Assembly: GCA_016191105.1 (NCBI GenBank)
Contig: JACPPH010000008.1
Location: forward strand, 2,667-66,666
Direction: 5' to 3'
From: Candidatus Saccharimonadota bacterium
Lineage (GTDB): Bacteria; Patescibacteriota; Saccharimonadia; CAILAD01; BJGX01
DNA: 64,000 nucleotides
The notes beneath the pieces are model-generated. The model saw only the letters and a program-made list of their open reading frames with translations. It had not been told where the DNA came from and did not search any database. Both the position numbers and the translations under genes were made by a program. Shown here piece after piece: positions 20,315 through 30,206 of the stretch; within the stretch, counting starts at the first letter, position 1, and the number at the start of each line of letters is the position of its first letter.

Positions 20315-22725
20315 GTCTGTTGCAAGCTGTTAGCCCTAAATTCATTAGGCCTATAGTTATGTTGGTTACTATATTATTTGTTTTAGTTTCTCCACTCCAG
20401 GCCGTTGCCGCCGCATCGCCCTCCTGGCGATACGAAGCCGAAAGAGCTAACTGGTGGGACAAAACCGACCTGCCGTGCGGCAAAACCTCAATTAATACGT
20501 CGGGCAGTTCTACGCTACCGGCAGACTTCCCTGAGCCAGCCCGAACAATCCTAACTAATGCCGCCAATACCGCCGGCACCAATGCTAACGTATTAGCCGC
20601 TATCTACATGAACGAACATGGTATAAACGAGTATCGCACCATACCCACCGACCGCAACGCCCTAAACGGCGGCGCGGTAAGCAGTGCGGGGGCGACCGGA
20701 CCGTTCCAAGTTCTCCCCGAACTGTGGAAGAGGGAATGGGGTGATATTAACAATTTCGAGGATGCTGCCAAAGCCGCCGCCCAAAATTGGCTCAAAAACG
20801 CCGCTAAAATAGGCCCTACGCCAGAGATCGGCGACCCCAACAACCCTAAAGAAGGTACGGTTGTCTTTGCATTTAAGACCTATAATCCTGGAAGTCAAAG
20901 TTATATAGAGGCCGGCCTTAAACGCTACCAGTCTTTGGGTGGCAGCACAAACAACGGGCAAACTTCTGGCCCCGCTGCTTTTTTAAACACCAAAGACCAG
21001 TTTAAGCCAGTTGCCCGAGCCGCTAGTGATGCTGGCAAGGTATTCTTTGTAGGCGACTCTATAGGTAGCGCCATTAAAGACAAGCTAAAAGAACAATACC
21101 CCAACATTGAATTTGACACCCTGCCCGGCCGTGGCTTAACTGGTGGGCCTGCTCAGTTTCAGCCCAATGGCATAGATGTGCTTAAGGCTAGTACCGACAA
21201 AATTAAGAACGCCGACACCGTGGTATTAGAGCTTGGCACAAACGCTTACGACGCCGCAAACTTTTCGGCCGATGTCGACAATGCTATTAACATAATCAAA
21301 CAGGCTAAAGACAGCGTGAAAATATACTGGATCGATTTGGCCGCCAATAGTCCGCAGTTTCAAAAGATAAACACCGAGGTCTATGGGCCTATGAATAAGA
21401 CCCTAATTGATAAGTCTAATTCTGGGAATTTTAAGCTAATATCGTGGTTTAAAACTGTGTACCCCGAAGGAGACCCAAGCCAGCCAGCACCTACTCTGGC
21501 CGATTCTAATAAACTGTTCAAAGCCGGCGACAATGTTCACCCGTCCAATCCAGATGGGGTCAATGCCTACGCTAGCCTGGTGGCCAATAACCTCAAAAGT
21601 GGTGGTGGCACCAACAATACCGTCAGCGCGTCGAACAATTGCCCGGCAGCTAATAGTGGTGGCTCGGGTAACTGCATAGACGATGGGGCAATTATGAAGG
21701 TGAATGATGCCACCAAGCTGGGTGAGGCAATTAATAAATACATAGAGCAAAACGGAGGAAAAGATGCACCCTTAAAAACCCTGGGCGCAAAGTTTGTAAG
21801 TGGTGCTATACGGCAAGGCGTGAATCCGTTTCTGATTGTTTCGATCGCGCAAAGAGAATCAAGCTTCGGTAAGGCAGTGCCAGGCAACAATAGTGAGTCG
21901 TACAACTCATTTGGGCTAACCGCCGCAAGCGGACAACCCTCAGTGTCAACCAACGGTAGAAACTGGTATAAATGGCCTAGCTGGGAACTTAGCCTAGATG
22001 GCGGTGGTAGCGAGTTTGATGAGCCCACTTATCTGAAAAAAAATTACCTAGATAAGGGCTTAACAAAGGTTGACCAAATTATGATGAAATATGCACCCCC
22101 AAGTGATGGCAATGATACGGCTGGTTACATCCAGGGCATTAAAGATGGCAACAAGAAAATGGTTGACTTGGCCGGCGATGCCATTAGTTGTGATGGCGGC
22201 GGCCAAGCCGTGCGATCGCTCAAAAATGCTACTGTGGTTAAATCTTTTGACGGCCCGCCTATTAATGTAAGCTCGATCGTAGTTCACTATACCGCTGGCC
22301 AATCTGCAGATGGTGCTAGTTTTGTTAATGCGATTAAGTCCAATAAAAGCTGCGGGCCTCAAGGCTGCTCGGTTCAGGTGTGGATTTCAGACCAAGGCCA
22401 GGTTTATCAGTTGGTAGACCCACTCAACACCTTTACTGAAAATGTTAATGACTTTAACAAGCACTCCATAGGCATAGAGATCGACGGCGCAGATGAAAAC
22501 GAGGTTATGAATAATAGTGTTCAGTTTGGAGCCGTAATCACGACAATCAAAGACTTGATGGAGATATTTAACATTAAGAATGAAATGGTTTGTGCCGAGC
22601 CCAACAGTAAGGGTATATTTGGTCATATGGAAGCCAACGATTGCATGAATCCGGTTCCGGGGCAAGGCCATCGCGACCCAGGAGCAAATTATATGGCAAA
22701 AATTAGACAGGCCTTAGGACAATGA
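20311..22725 (+). CDS. Multidomain cell-wall hydrolase (lysozyme/SLT-like + SGNH + glucosaminidase-like + amidase_2-like)
   Basis: LAAIYMNEHG..SSAGATGPFQ; VGDSI..ELGTN..DNVHP; SIAQRESSFG..YNSFG..KYAP; IVVHYT..SIGIEI..GH..DPG. Confidence 0.78.
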   Translation: MSLLQAVSPKFIRPIVMLVTILFVLVSPLQAVAAASPSWRYEAERANWWDKTDLPCGKTSINTSGSSTLPADFPEPARTILTNAANTAGTNANVLAAIYMNEHGINEYRTIPTDRNALNGGAVSSAGATGPFQVLPELWKREWGDINNFEDAAKAAAQNWLKNAAKIGPTPEIGDPNNPKEGTVVFAFKTYNPGSQSYIEAGLKRYQSLGGSTNNGQTSGPAAFLNTKDQFKPVARAASDAGKVFFVGDSIGSAIKDKLKEQYPNIEFDTLPGRGLTGGPAQFQPNGIDVLKASTDKIKNADTVVLELGTNAYDAANFSADVDNAINIIKQAKDSVKIYWIDLAANSPQFQKINTEVYGPMNKTLIDKSNSGNFKLISWFKTVYPEGDPSQPAPTLADSNKLFKAGDNVHPSNPDGVNAYASLVANNLKSGGGTNNTVSASNNCPAANSGGSGNCIDDGAIMKVNDATKLGEAINKYIEQNGGKDAPLKTLGAKFVSGAIRQGVNPFLIVSIAQRESSFGKAVPGNNSESYNSFGLTAASGQPSVSTNGRNWYKWPSWELSLDGGGSEFDEPTYLKKNYLDKGLTKVDQIMMKYAPPSDGNDTAGYIQGIKDGNKKMVDLAGDAISCDGGGQAVRSLKNATVVKSFDGPPINVSSIVVHYTAGQSADGASFVNAIKSNKSCGPQGCSVQVWISDQGQVYQLVDPLNTFTENVNDFNKHSIGIEIDGADENEVMNNSVQFGAVITTIKDLMEIFNIKNEMVCAEPNSKGIFGHMEANDCMNPVPGQGHRDPGANYMAKIRQALGQ

Positions 22726-23744
22726 GATCCAGACGCTTATTATTGCTAGTATTGGCGGCTCTAGTTATATTTATTGCTTTGGTAGCGTTAATCATAACGA
22801 TGCTAAGTAGGCCGTCAGTCAAAACAACCCAGCTGTTTGATACTGGTTCTTACTACCACATGGTAACCAACAACGGTGTGGTTACTTTTATCGACAACAA
22901 CAGTAATATCCAACGCTACAATGAAAGCTTGGCCAAAAAAGAGTTTATTGGCAGCGTAGCTATTGAGTACAAGCCGAAGCTGGCTGAAACAGGAGAATAC
23001 ATAGCCACCACAAAACCCAGCGGCCAAGCCTCCACTACCATAAGTAGACTGGATGTCTACAACGGCAATAGCTTGGATGGAAAAACAATCGTACCTTACA
23101 ACTATGTTAAGTGGGGGTTTGGCAACCAGCTACTTGGACTTTTGCCGCCCAACCGAGCTAGCCAGGGAGAAGGAGGGCCTTTCGAATCAACCATATATAG
23201 CGGCCAGCTCAACATAATAAATGCGGCTCAGCCAGGCCAAGCCTTAACTGCTTCGGATAGCAATATCCGGTTCGAAACAATTGCCTATGCCAACCAAGAC
23301 AAGCTAATAACTACCTCTACACAGACAGATGGCAGCATTACCCTAACCACCCTTGACGCCCGTAGCTGGCAACCTCTCGGGCAACAACGCCTGCCAAGTT
23401 TGGTTGAATATTACCAGGCAAAGCAGTTTTTCTTGTACCGCGAAAACAATAACTCCAACTTAGTGGTTTCTATGAACGCCGGCCAGCAGTTTACCACCAA
23501 GCTTCAAACTTCACCGTTTCTGGCTTACCCATTAGGAGGTAAGAGGCTAGCCGCTATAATAAAAAACAACGACCAAGCAAAATTAGTAGTATATAATTAC
23601 GAAGCCAACAAAACCACCAAGGAGATGGTATTGCCAGATTATGTATTCAAACCCAACCAGCTTGTTACTACAGATAAAAATGTATATATTTCTACAAAAG
23701 GTGGAATTTATATGGTAGAAAACTTTTTGGACGGCTTAAAATGA
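22722..23744 (+). CDS. Membrane-anchored beta-rich protein, probable paralog of 19203..20198
   Basis: Similar length, N-terminal TM and C-terminus (VYISTKGGIYMV vs MYITAQNQIFFI). Confidence 0.65.
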   Translation: MRSRRLLLLVLAALVIFIALVALIITMLSRPSVKTTQLFDTGSYYHMVTNNGVVTFIDNNSNIQRYNESLAKKEFIGSVAIEYKPKLAETGEYIATTKPSGQASTTISRLDVYNGNSLDGKTIVPYNYVKWGFGNQLLGLLPPNRASQGEGGPFESTIYSGQLNIINAAQPGQALTASDSNIRFETIAYANQDKLITTSTQTDGSITLTTLDARSWQPLGQQRLPSLVEYYQAKQFFLYRENNNSNLVVSMNAGQQFTTKLQTSPFLAYPLGGKRLAAIIKNNDQAKLVVYNYEANKTTKEMVLPDYVFKPNQLVTTDKNVYISTKGGIYMVENFLDGLK

Positions 23745-24355
23745 GAAGGTGGCTGATTGTGCTGGGCATACTGCTAACTATAGCTGTGGCGGGCGGGGCT
23801 TTGGCAGTTTATAGCTTTAACCGATCTGGCAAGTTTCGGGTGGTTGGCGGCTCTCCAAGCAACAAAAGCACCAATGTGCCGCCAGAGAACACGATTACAC
23901 TTGTGTTCTCTCAAGACCTCGACACCAACCAAGCCCAAACCTTTTTACAAACATCGCCCAGCCAGCTATTTGTAATGGAGTTGCAAAAAAATAAGTTAGT
24001 GCTAACACCGGCCAAGCCTTTGCAAGAAAAATCTCAATATTTGATTTCAATAAACAATATACGATCGACTCAGGGCCAGCAGACCAGCACTAGTATTTTA
24101 TTTACAACTGGAGTTAATAATTCGCCAAGAGCACAATTTATTAGGCTTTTACCATTCAGTGGCAGTGACTTTAATATATTCTATAACGAAAATTTAGACG
24201 GGTTCACGGTTCAAATATCGACCAAGTCGATGGACCAAGCCAAAGCCCAGGCTCTGCAGTACTTTCGAGACAACAATGTAGACCCTAACAAGCAAAGAAT
24301 TGATTTTCAGCAGCTGAGATACCTGCAGGGCAAAGGTGCTCCACCGCCCAACTAA
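23741..24355 (+). CDS. Ig-like (Big_5-type) domain membrane protein
   Basis: TM then SP..TNVP..ITLVFSQDLD..LTPAKPL..Y..FTTG. Confidence 0.7.
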   Translation: MRRWLIVLGILLTIAVAGGALAVYSFNRSGKFRVVGGSPSNKSTNVPPENTITLVFSQDLDTNQAQTFLQTSPSQLFVMELQKNKLVLTPAKPLQEKSQYLISINNIRSTQGQQTSTSILFTTGVNNSPRAQFIRLLPFSGSDFNIFYNENLDGFTVQISTKSMDQAKAQALQYFRDNNVDPNKQRIDFQQLRYLQGKGAPPPN

Positions 24356-24368
24356 TCACAAACTAAAC

Positions 24369-24641
24369 TTATCTAATTAATACTCTTATACTTTTTAGCT
24401 GCTGGTCGGAGCACAATATTTGACCCGTTTTAAGCACTATCTCGGCAGTATGTAGCCTGATTTCGCTGGCAGCCACCGAGCTTTCTACGGCCAGGGTCGC
24501 TGTTTGGTGCTGCAAACGAACAACCCTAGCGCTAACCCCTGTAATATCTAGGGTAGCTTTTTTTATGGCCTCCATAGCGGTTAGTTGGTTGGAGCCGATT
24601 GAGCTAGAGCGCCTTTGCAAGATATCTTTAATACCTTCCAT
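24369..24641 (-). CDS. Probable DciA/DUF721-like protein
   Basis: Directly downstream of recF; LAVESSVAASEIRL pattern. Confidence 0.45.
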   Translation of the reverse strand: MEGIKDILQRRSSSIGSNQLTAMEAIKKATLDITGVSARVVRLQHQTATLAVESSVAASEIRLHTAEIVLKTGQILCSDQQLKSIRVLIR

Positions 24642-24643
24642 TA

Positions 24644-25717
24644 TTAGGTTTTTGCGCCGCTTAGATCAATTAGCTGATAGTCTTTGAGCTCAGTTTGAGG
24701 GGCTTCGGTGGTGGTTATGAAGGTTTGATGGGAATTAATAGCTTTTATTAAATGCTTACGCCGACTGGCGTCGAGTTCGCTAAATACATCGTCTAGCAAT
24801 AATATCGGCTCCTTTTGTAGCTGCTCCTCCATGTATTCCAGCTCCGCCAGCTTAAGTGCGAGTAGTAGTGAGCGCATCTCGCCTCTGGAGGCGGCTACTT
24901 GTCGCTTTTTTTCGATTAACTTTAGTTCAAAGTCGTCACGGTGTGGCCCCACCAAGGTATGGGCTGCAGCTTGATCACGTATGTGACTGTTGGCGTATTG
25001 GCTCAGGGTATTTGCTGCTGGGTCCAGGTTTGGCAGATAGAATGTTTTTGGCCGCCGGGATTCTTTGTCGGCTAAAATAATGTATTTAGATTGCACTGTT
25101 TTAACTATGCTAGTTAAGAATTTTAGGCGGGTCTGGGTTATATACTCGGCGGGCTCGACCAACTGAACGTCGTACACAAACAGGTGGTCGGCTATGCTTT
25201 GCTTAGCTTGGTGTCTAGCCTGCATAAGCAGGCTGTTGCGTTGGGTTATTAGTTTTTTGTAATTACGCAGCTGCTCCAGATAAATATTATCCGTCTGCGA
25301 CAGCACTACGTCGAGATACTTACGCCGTTGGCTTGGTGGGCCGGTCAATAGATTCATGTCGTTAGGCTCAAATAGTACGGCCGGGCTCAAACCTACCACC
25401 GAGCTTAGCGGCCTACGCTTGCCATTTAGCTTGGCTAGCTTATGAACTGTTGGTTTGTCACTTAAGAGAGTGGTGTAGTGCATATCAATCCGATCCTTGT
25501 CGTATTGAGCCTGTAAGCTATAATACGGTTTTGTATACTGTATTAGCTCGGCATCTGAACCACGAAATGACTTAGTGGTAGCTAGCACAAAAATAGATTC
25601 TATCAAGTTGGTTTTACCAACCGCATTGGGCCCAGCAATAACAATTAGATTACTATCAAATTCTATAGTCAGGCTAGTGTAAGAACGAAAATATTGAAGA
25701 CTTAAGGCTTTGAGCAT
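24644..25717 (-). CDS. recF: DNA replication/repair protein RecF
   Basis: FRSY, GPNAVGKTN, GPHRDD, LLLDDVFSELD. Confidence 0.95.
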   Translation of the reverse strand: MLKALSLQYFRSYTSLTIEFDSNLIVIAGPNAVGKTNLIESIFVLATTKSFRGSDAELIQYTKPYYSLQAQYDKDRIDMHYTTLLSDKPTVHKLAKLNGKRRPLSSVVGLSPAVLFEPNDMNLLTGPPSQRRKYLDVVLSQTDNIYLEQLRNYKKLITQRNSLLMQARHQAKQSIADHLFVYDVQLVEPAEYITQTRLKFLTSIVKTVQSKYIILADKESRRPKTFYLPNLDPAANTLSQYANSHIRDQAAAHTLVGPHRDDFELKLIEKKRQVAASRGEMRSLLLALKLAELEYMEEQLQKEPILLLDDVFSELDASRRKHLIKAINSHQTFITTTEAPQTELKDYQLIDLSGAKT

Positions 25718-25719
25718 AC

Positions 25720-26820
25720 TTAGCTGCGTAAGGGCATAATTATATGCAAGAGTTGGTTGGATTTTTGAGTTGGTCTTACTAGAACAGGGTCGAGCTTGGT
25801 ATTAAATTCTAGACTTACCTGGTCACTGTTTAGGGTTTGAATCACATCTAGTAAGTATTTGGCATTGAGTGATATTTCTAAATTGTTGCCCGTGGTCTTA
25901 CAATCTACTGTAGCATCGTTGGTGCCAACATGGGCTGCCGTAGTGTGTAGTTTAAGCTTGTCTCGGGACACATTAAGCTGAATGGTATGTGCAGCACCTT
26001 GAGCAAATATGGAGGCTAGCTTAACATTACTTAACAGCTGTTGCCGGTTCACTTGGACTTTGGTTTTACTACTGGTTGGAATAATCTTGGTGTAGTCTGG
26101 ATATTTGCCCTCAATAAGTTGGCTGGTAATTACAGTATCATCAAAGCTAAAGGCCAGCTCTGTCTCGCCAATCTGGAGTTCTACCTCGCCCTCCTGGTCG
26201 TCTGCCCCAGCAGACCGCTGTACCTCTTGAGCAGTGCGTAAGGGGACTATCAGGCCTTGCTCATAACGATTATCTAATCCAATTTTATTTTCTGCTAATC
26301 TATAGCTGTCAGTGGCCGCTAACGTCAGGGCTCCCTTAGTAAACAACATATAAACTCCTGCTAGTACAGGCCTTGATTCGTCTAGACTAGCCGCTACCGT
26401 TACAGTGCTTAAAGCACCTGTGAGCTGTTTAGCTGGTATTTTTAATGTGGTTTTAGGAGCTATCTTGGGTATCTGTGGAAACTCACTAGCTGCTATGCCA
26501 TTCAAACTAGAGTTTATGCTGTCTGTTTGTATAACCAAATTGTCTTTGTTGCTGCTAAGTTGTATTTTACCAGGGGGTAGCTGGCTAACCAGTTCACCAA
26601 AAAGGCGAGCGGGTACACTGAGCTTACCTTCTTTTTCTACCTTGGCACCAATTGTTTGGCTAATAGCTATTTCTAGATTGGTTGCTTGCAGTTCCACACC
26701 CTGCTTAGTAGCATTTATTAAGATATTAGATAGAACAGGTAAACTAGTCCGCGTTGCTATTGCCCGGCTAAGTATAGTTAAAGCATTTTGCATATTTTCT
26801 TGTAAGACCGAAAACTTCAT
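25720..26820 (-). CDS. dnaN: DNA polymerase III beta clamp
   Basis: ATNLE, ATDSYRLA, EGKYPDY, IMPLR. Confidence 0.98.
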   Translation of the reverse strand: MKFSVLQENMQNALTILSRAIATRTSLPVLSNILINATKQGVELQATNLEIAISQTIGAKVEKEGKLSVPARLFGELVSQLPPGKIQLSSNKDNLVIQTDSINSSLNGIAASEFPQIPKIAPKTTLKIPAKQLTGALSTVTVAASLDESRPVLAGVYMLFTKGALTLAATDSYRLAENKIGLDNRYEQGLIVPLRTAQEVQRSAGADDQEGEVELQIGETELAFSFDDTVITSQLIEGKYPDYTKIIPTSSKTKVQVNRQQLLSNVKLASIFAQGAAHTIQLNVSRDKLKLHTTAAHVGTNDATVDCKTTGNNLEISLNAKYLLDVIQTLNSDQVSLEFNTKLDPVLVRPTQKSNQLLHIIMPLRS

Positions 26821-27117
26821 TATTCAAACCTCCTCTTACTAATTACTGTTGTATTAGATATATATAGGTAGCAGCAGTATAGGGTGGTGTGGATAGTATG
26901 TATAACACTAGTTTTGGCTTTTATATAAGTATTTATTAAATACTTATATAATGTAAAACTTGCGCATTTAGGGTGTATAAAAAAAACAAAAGCACTTAGT
27001 TCTACACAATTACCAAAAATCTTAAATGTCAATATGTGTTTAAATTGTGTAGAAAGCTTAATCATGTAAACAGACTGTACACAACTTATCAACATAGTTA
27101 TCCACAAATCTAACATG
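26821..27117. promoter_or_regulatory. oriC (dnaA-dnaN interval) with DnaA boxes, DnaA-trio-like run and AT-rich DUE
   Basis: TTATCCACA 27098-27106, TTATCAACA 27086-27094, TGTGGATAG 26888-26896 next to TAG-CAG-CAG and a TATATA tract. Confidence 0.85.
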
Positions 27118-28482
27118 CTATTTTTTGGCCATCTCTTCGGCCAACTTATTAATGTCGCCCCCTAATTGAGTGTCTTGGGTTAGAGCGGCTTGTATTTTTT
27201 TAACCCCGTGCATAATAGTAGTGTGATCTTTCTTACCGAGAGAACTAGCAATCTTAGGAAAGCTCATACCAAGCTTACTGCGCATAATGTACATAGCTAC
27301 TTGTCTTGGTACGACAACATCTTTGTCTCGTTTGGTGCTAACTATGTCTTTAAAACTAATATCAAAGTAATCCGCACACAGCTCCAGTACTACCTTGGGC
27401 TTGATTTTCTTGGGCTGATTGTTGGTGTGTTCACCCAGCAACTGCTTAGCTAACTCTAAATCTACCGGCCTGTTATGAGCCAGACTGTAAGCACCCAACT
27501 TTATAAGTGCACCCTCAAGCTCGCGAATATTACGTTCTACAATTTGAGCAATAAACTCGGCAACATCGGGTGAGAGATTAATTTTTTGCGCCTGGGCCTT
27601 ATTAAGCAGAATGGCCACCCTGGTTTCGTAGTCGGGCGGTTGAATATCGGCCACCATGCCCCATTCAAACCGACTGCGCAGACGATCCTCAAGAGTCGGG
27701 ATCTCCTTGGGCGGACGATCGCTGCACAAGACAATTTGCTTGCCGCGCTGGTGCAGGGCGTTGAAAGTGTGAAAAAATTCCTCTTTGGTTTTTTCGGCAC
27801 TGGCTATAAACTGCATATCATCGACCAATAAAACATCAACCGAGCGATACTTGTTGGTAAACTTCTCGCCTTTTCGAATAGCTCCCACGAAGCTATTTAT
27901 GAACTCCTCGCTAGTGACATATAGAGTTTGAGTGCTGGGATCACGCTTAATTATCTCGGTCGATATAGCCGACATTAGATGGGTTTTACCAACACCAGCC
28001 GGCCCATATATAAAAAGCGGATTGTAGGCATCGCCAGGCCGCTCAACCACCAGCTGGGCGGCCGAAAAAGCCAGCCGATTGCTAGCACCTACAATGAAAT
28101 TATCAAAACTATAGCGCTGCAACGGCCTTTGAAACGAGGATCTCTTTATAGACCTGAGCTCAGAAGCAATAGGCGAGCTAGACGATTTAGGTTCAATGGT
28201 TTGTGTAGACCCTGGCTTTTGTGAGCCCTGCTTTGAGCGAGTGGTATAAGTCAGTTCTTTGACAGAGCTGTCGGCATTTTGCAAAGCTGCTAGTATTTGT
28301 TCATGATACTTACGAGCTATCCAGTCGCGGTTAAATATATTGGGCACAAATACCACAGCCACACCATTTTTAATAGAATCTAGGCGGGTGCCCTTGAGCC
28401 ATGTACCATAATTAGCCTGAGACAAAACCACCTCAAGCTCTCCTAGCACCGACTTCCAAACCGTAGCATAGGTGTTATCCAC
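27118..28482 (-). CDS. dnaA: Chromosomal replication initiator DnaA
   Basis: YNPLFIYGPAGVGKTHL, LLVDDMQF, RLRSRFEWG, KDHTTIMHG. Confidence 0.99.
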   Translation of the reverse strand: MDNTYATVWKSVLGELEVVLSQANYGTWLKGTRLDSIKNGVAVVFVPNIFNRDWIARKYHEQILAALQNADSSVKELTYTTRSKQGSQKPGSTQTIEPKSSSSPIASELRSIKRSSFQRPLQRYSFDNFIVGASNRLAFSAAQLVVERPGDAYNPLFIYGPAGVGKTHLMSAISTEIIKRDPSTQTLYVTSEEFINSFVGAIRKGEKFTNKYRSVDVLLVDDMQFIASAEKTKEEFFHTFNALHQRGKQIVLCSDRPPKEIPTLEDRLRSRFEWGMVADIQPPDYETRVAILLNKAQAQKINLSPDVAEFIAQIVERNIRELEGALIKLGAYSLAHNRPVDLELAKQLLGEHTNNQPKKIKPKVVLELCADYFDISFKDIVSTKRDKDVVVPRQVAMYIMRSKLGMSFPKIASSLGKKDHTTIMHGVKKIQAALTQDTQLGGDINKLAEEMAKK

Positions 28483-28589
28483 AACTCACCCCCTAAACAC
28501 GCATTATTACTTAACTATATATAACAATCATATGGTTTTCCACAGTTTTTTGCAAAAAAAGCTCTGAGTACCCTAAAAGGGGTGGATAA
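28475..28589. promoter_or_regulatory. DnaA boxes at and upstream of the dnaA start
   Basis: TTATCCACA 28475-28483, TTTTCCACA 28536-28544, GGTGGATAA 28581-28589. Confidence 0.7.
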
Positions 28590-28644
28590 CTTAGGACTTA
28601 TACCGATTGATTTACTAGGTAATATCAGGTACAATATTGAGATT

Positions 28645-28779
28645 ATGAAACAGACATACCAACCTAAAAAACGCTATCGCAGTCGCGTACACGGCTTCAT
28701 GAAGCGCATGAGCACACGAGCTGGCCAAGCCGTTATTAAGCGGCGCCGAGCTAAAGGTCGAAAACGAGTTACGGCCTAA
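28645..28779 (+). CDS. rpmH: 50S ribosomal protein L34
   Basis: [25 protein letters not shown]. Confidence 0.97.
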   Translation: MKQTYQPKKRYRSRVHGFMKRMSTRAGQAVIKRRRAKGRKRVTA

Positions 28780-29126
28780 TGCTAAAACGAGCCTTTCGAT
28801 TGCGCCGAGCAAACGATCTAAACAAGGTTTACAAGTTTGGCAAAAAAAGCTCTGCCCCGAATCTCTACATAAAAGCCCGTCACACCAACCTGCCCGTTAG
28901 TCGACTAGCCGTAGTGGTAACAAAAAAAGTAAGCAAAAAGGCCACATTGCGCAACCGTATGAAACGACAAATGAGCGAGGTAGTGCGCACCAATTGGCAA
29001 CAGATTAAGCCTGGTTTTGATATCATAGTTATGATCACAGCCGACACAACCAAACAAAAGCCCAGTCAAACCAAGGCCGAAGCCTTAGAAGCTCTAAAAA
29101 AACTGGCTATAATAGACAAGTCATGA
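28779..29126 (+). CDS. rnpA: RNase P protein component
   Basis: RLAVVVTKKVSKKATLRNRMKR; synteny. Confidence 0.95.
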   Translation: MLKRAFRLRRANDLNKVYKFGKKSSAPNLYIKARHTNLPVSRLAVVVTKKVSKKATLRNRMKRQMSEVVRTNWQQIKPGFDIIVMITADTTKQKPSQTKAEALEALKKLAIIDKS

Positions 29127-29377
29127 AGAAAACTATAGTTTATATCATAAATATTTACCAAAAAACTCTCTCACCCGATCATAGCTGGCGAGCCAGCCGT
29201 TACCCACACGGCTTTTGTCGCCATTATCCAAGCTGCAGTGAGTATACCAAACGGGCCGTAGAAAACCACGGGGTGTTAAAAGGCTTGTGCTTAGCTGTTG
29301 TTAGAGTTGTAAGCTGTAATCCATTTGCCCAACCCAAGATTGATTTGAGCTGCGAAAAGGTTCTTAAGAATGGGTAA
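29123..29377 (+). CDS. yidD: Membrane protein insertion efficiency factor
   Basis: YQKTLSPDH, CRHYPSCSEY, CNPF. Confidence 0.95.
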   Translation: MKKTIVYIINIYQKTLSPDHSWRASRYPHGFCRHYPSCSEYTKRAVENHGVLKGLCLAVVRVVSCNPFAQPKIDLSCEKVLKNG

Positions 29378-30206
29378 TATCTTAAACGCCATATTAATAC
29401 AGCCGCTGCTAAACCTGCTGATATTCATTTATGCCGTTCTGCCGGGTCACGACTTCGGCATTGCCGTAATAATTATGACGGTTTTGATCCGTTTGGCACT
29501 ATGGCCGCTGGCTAGTAAGCAGCTACATAGCCAAAAGAAGCTTCAGGCTCTGCAGCCCGAGATAGCAGCATTGCGCAAGAAGGCGGGCGGCGATAAGCAG
29601 AAAGAAAACCAAATGCTCATGGAGCTCTACAAGGAAAAAGAAATCAACCCTTTTAGCGCCTGTTTGCCAGTATTGTTACAGTTCCCGTTTCTTATTGCTC
29701 TATATTTTGTGTTTAACCAGGCTACGAACGACATAGCCAAGACCATATCTAACCTATATGGTCCGGTTCAGAACATGCCCTGGATTAAGGATATCGCCGC
29801 TAGCCCCAACCTCTTTAAACCGAGCTTGCTGGGCATTGTTTCAATGGCCGCACCTAGCATTGCTTTGGCGATCTTTGCCGGAGTAACTCAATTTATTCAG
29901 GTTAAGATGATCTCGCCCAAAGCTGCCGACACCAAGGGCGACCCCCAGGCTCAAGCTACGGCTATGATGAACTATCTGTTTCCGGCAATTACAGTATTTA
30001 TAGCCTGGCGGCTGCCCGCAGCCCTACCGCTTTACTGGTCGGTTACCAATATTGTTACTATTATTCAGCAGAAAATGATTATGAGCCAAGAAGTTGAAAA
30101 AATGGAAGAAGTTAAGGTGGTTAAAAAAACTGGCATTTCAAATGTTATCAAACAGCTTCCAGCCCGGACTAAACCTGCCAAAGCTAAAAAGAGTCAGAAA
30201 AAATGA
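29370..30206 (+). CDS. yidC: YidC/Oxa1 membrane insertase
   Basis: IRLALWPL, INPFSACLPVLLQFP, LYW. Confidence 0.95.
   Translation: MGNILNAILIQPLLNLLIFIYAVLPGHDFGIAVIIMTVLIRLALWPLASKQLHSQKKLQALQPEIAALRKKAGGDKQKENQMLMELYKEKEINPFSACLPVLLQFPFLIALYFVFNQATNDIAKTISNLYGPVQNMPWIKDIAASPNLFKPSLLGIVSMAAPSIALAIFAGVTQFIQVKMISPKAADTKGDPQAQATAMMNYLFPAITVFIAWRLPAALPLYWSVTNIVTIIQQKMIMSQEVEKMEEVKVVKKTGISNVIKQLPARTKPAKAKKSQKK

Noticed and set aside
7776-24355. Integrative conjugative element
   Set aside because: No integrase, relaxase or att repeats, and composition matches the host.
26820-27116. 98-aa ORF between dnaA and dnaN
   Set aside because: It coincides with the DnaA-box cluster of oriC and has no protein-like features.
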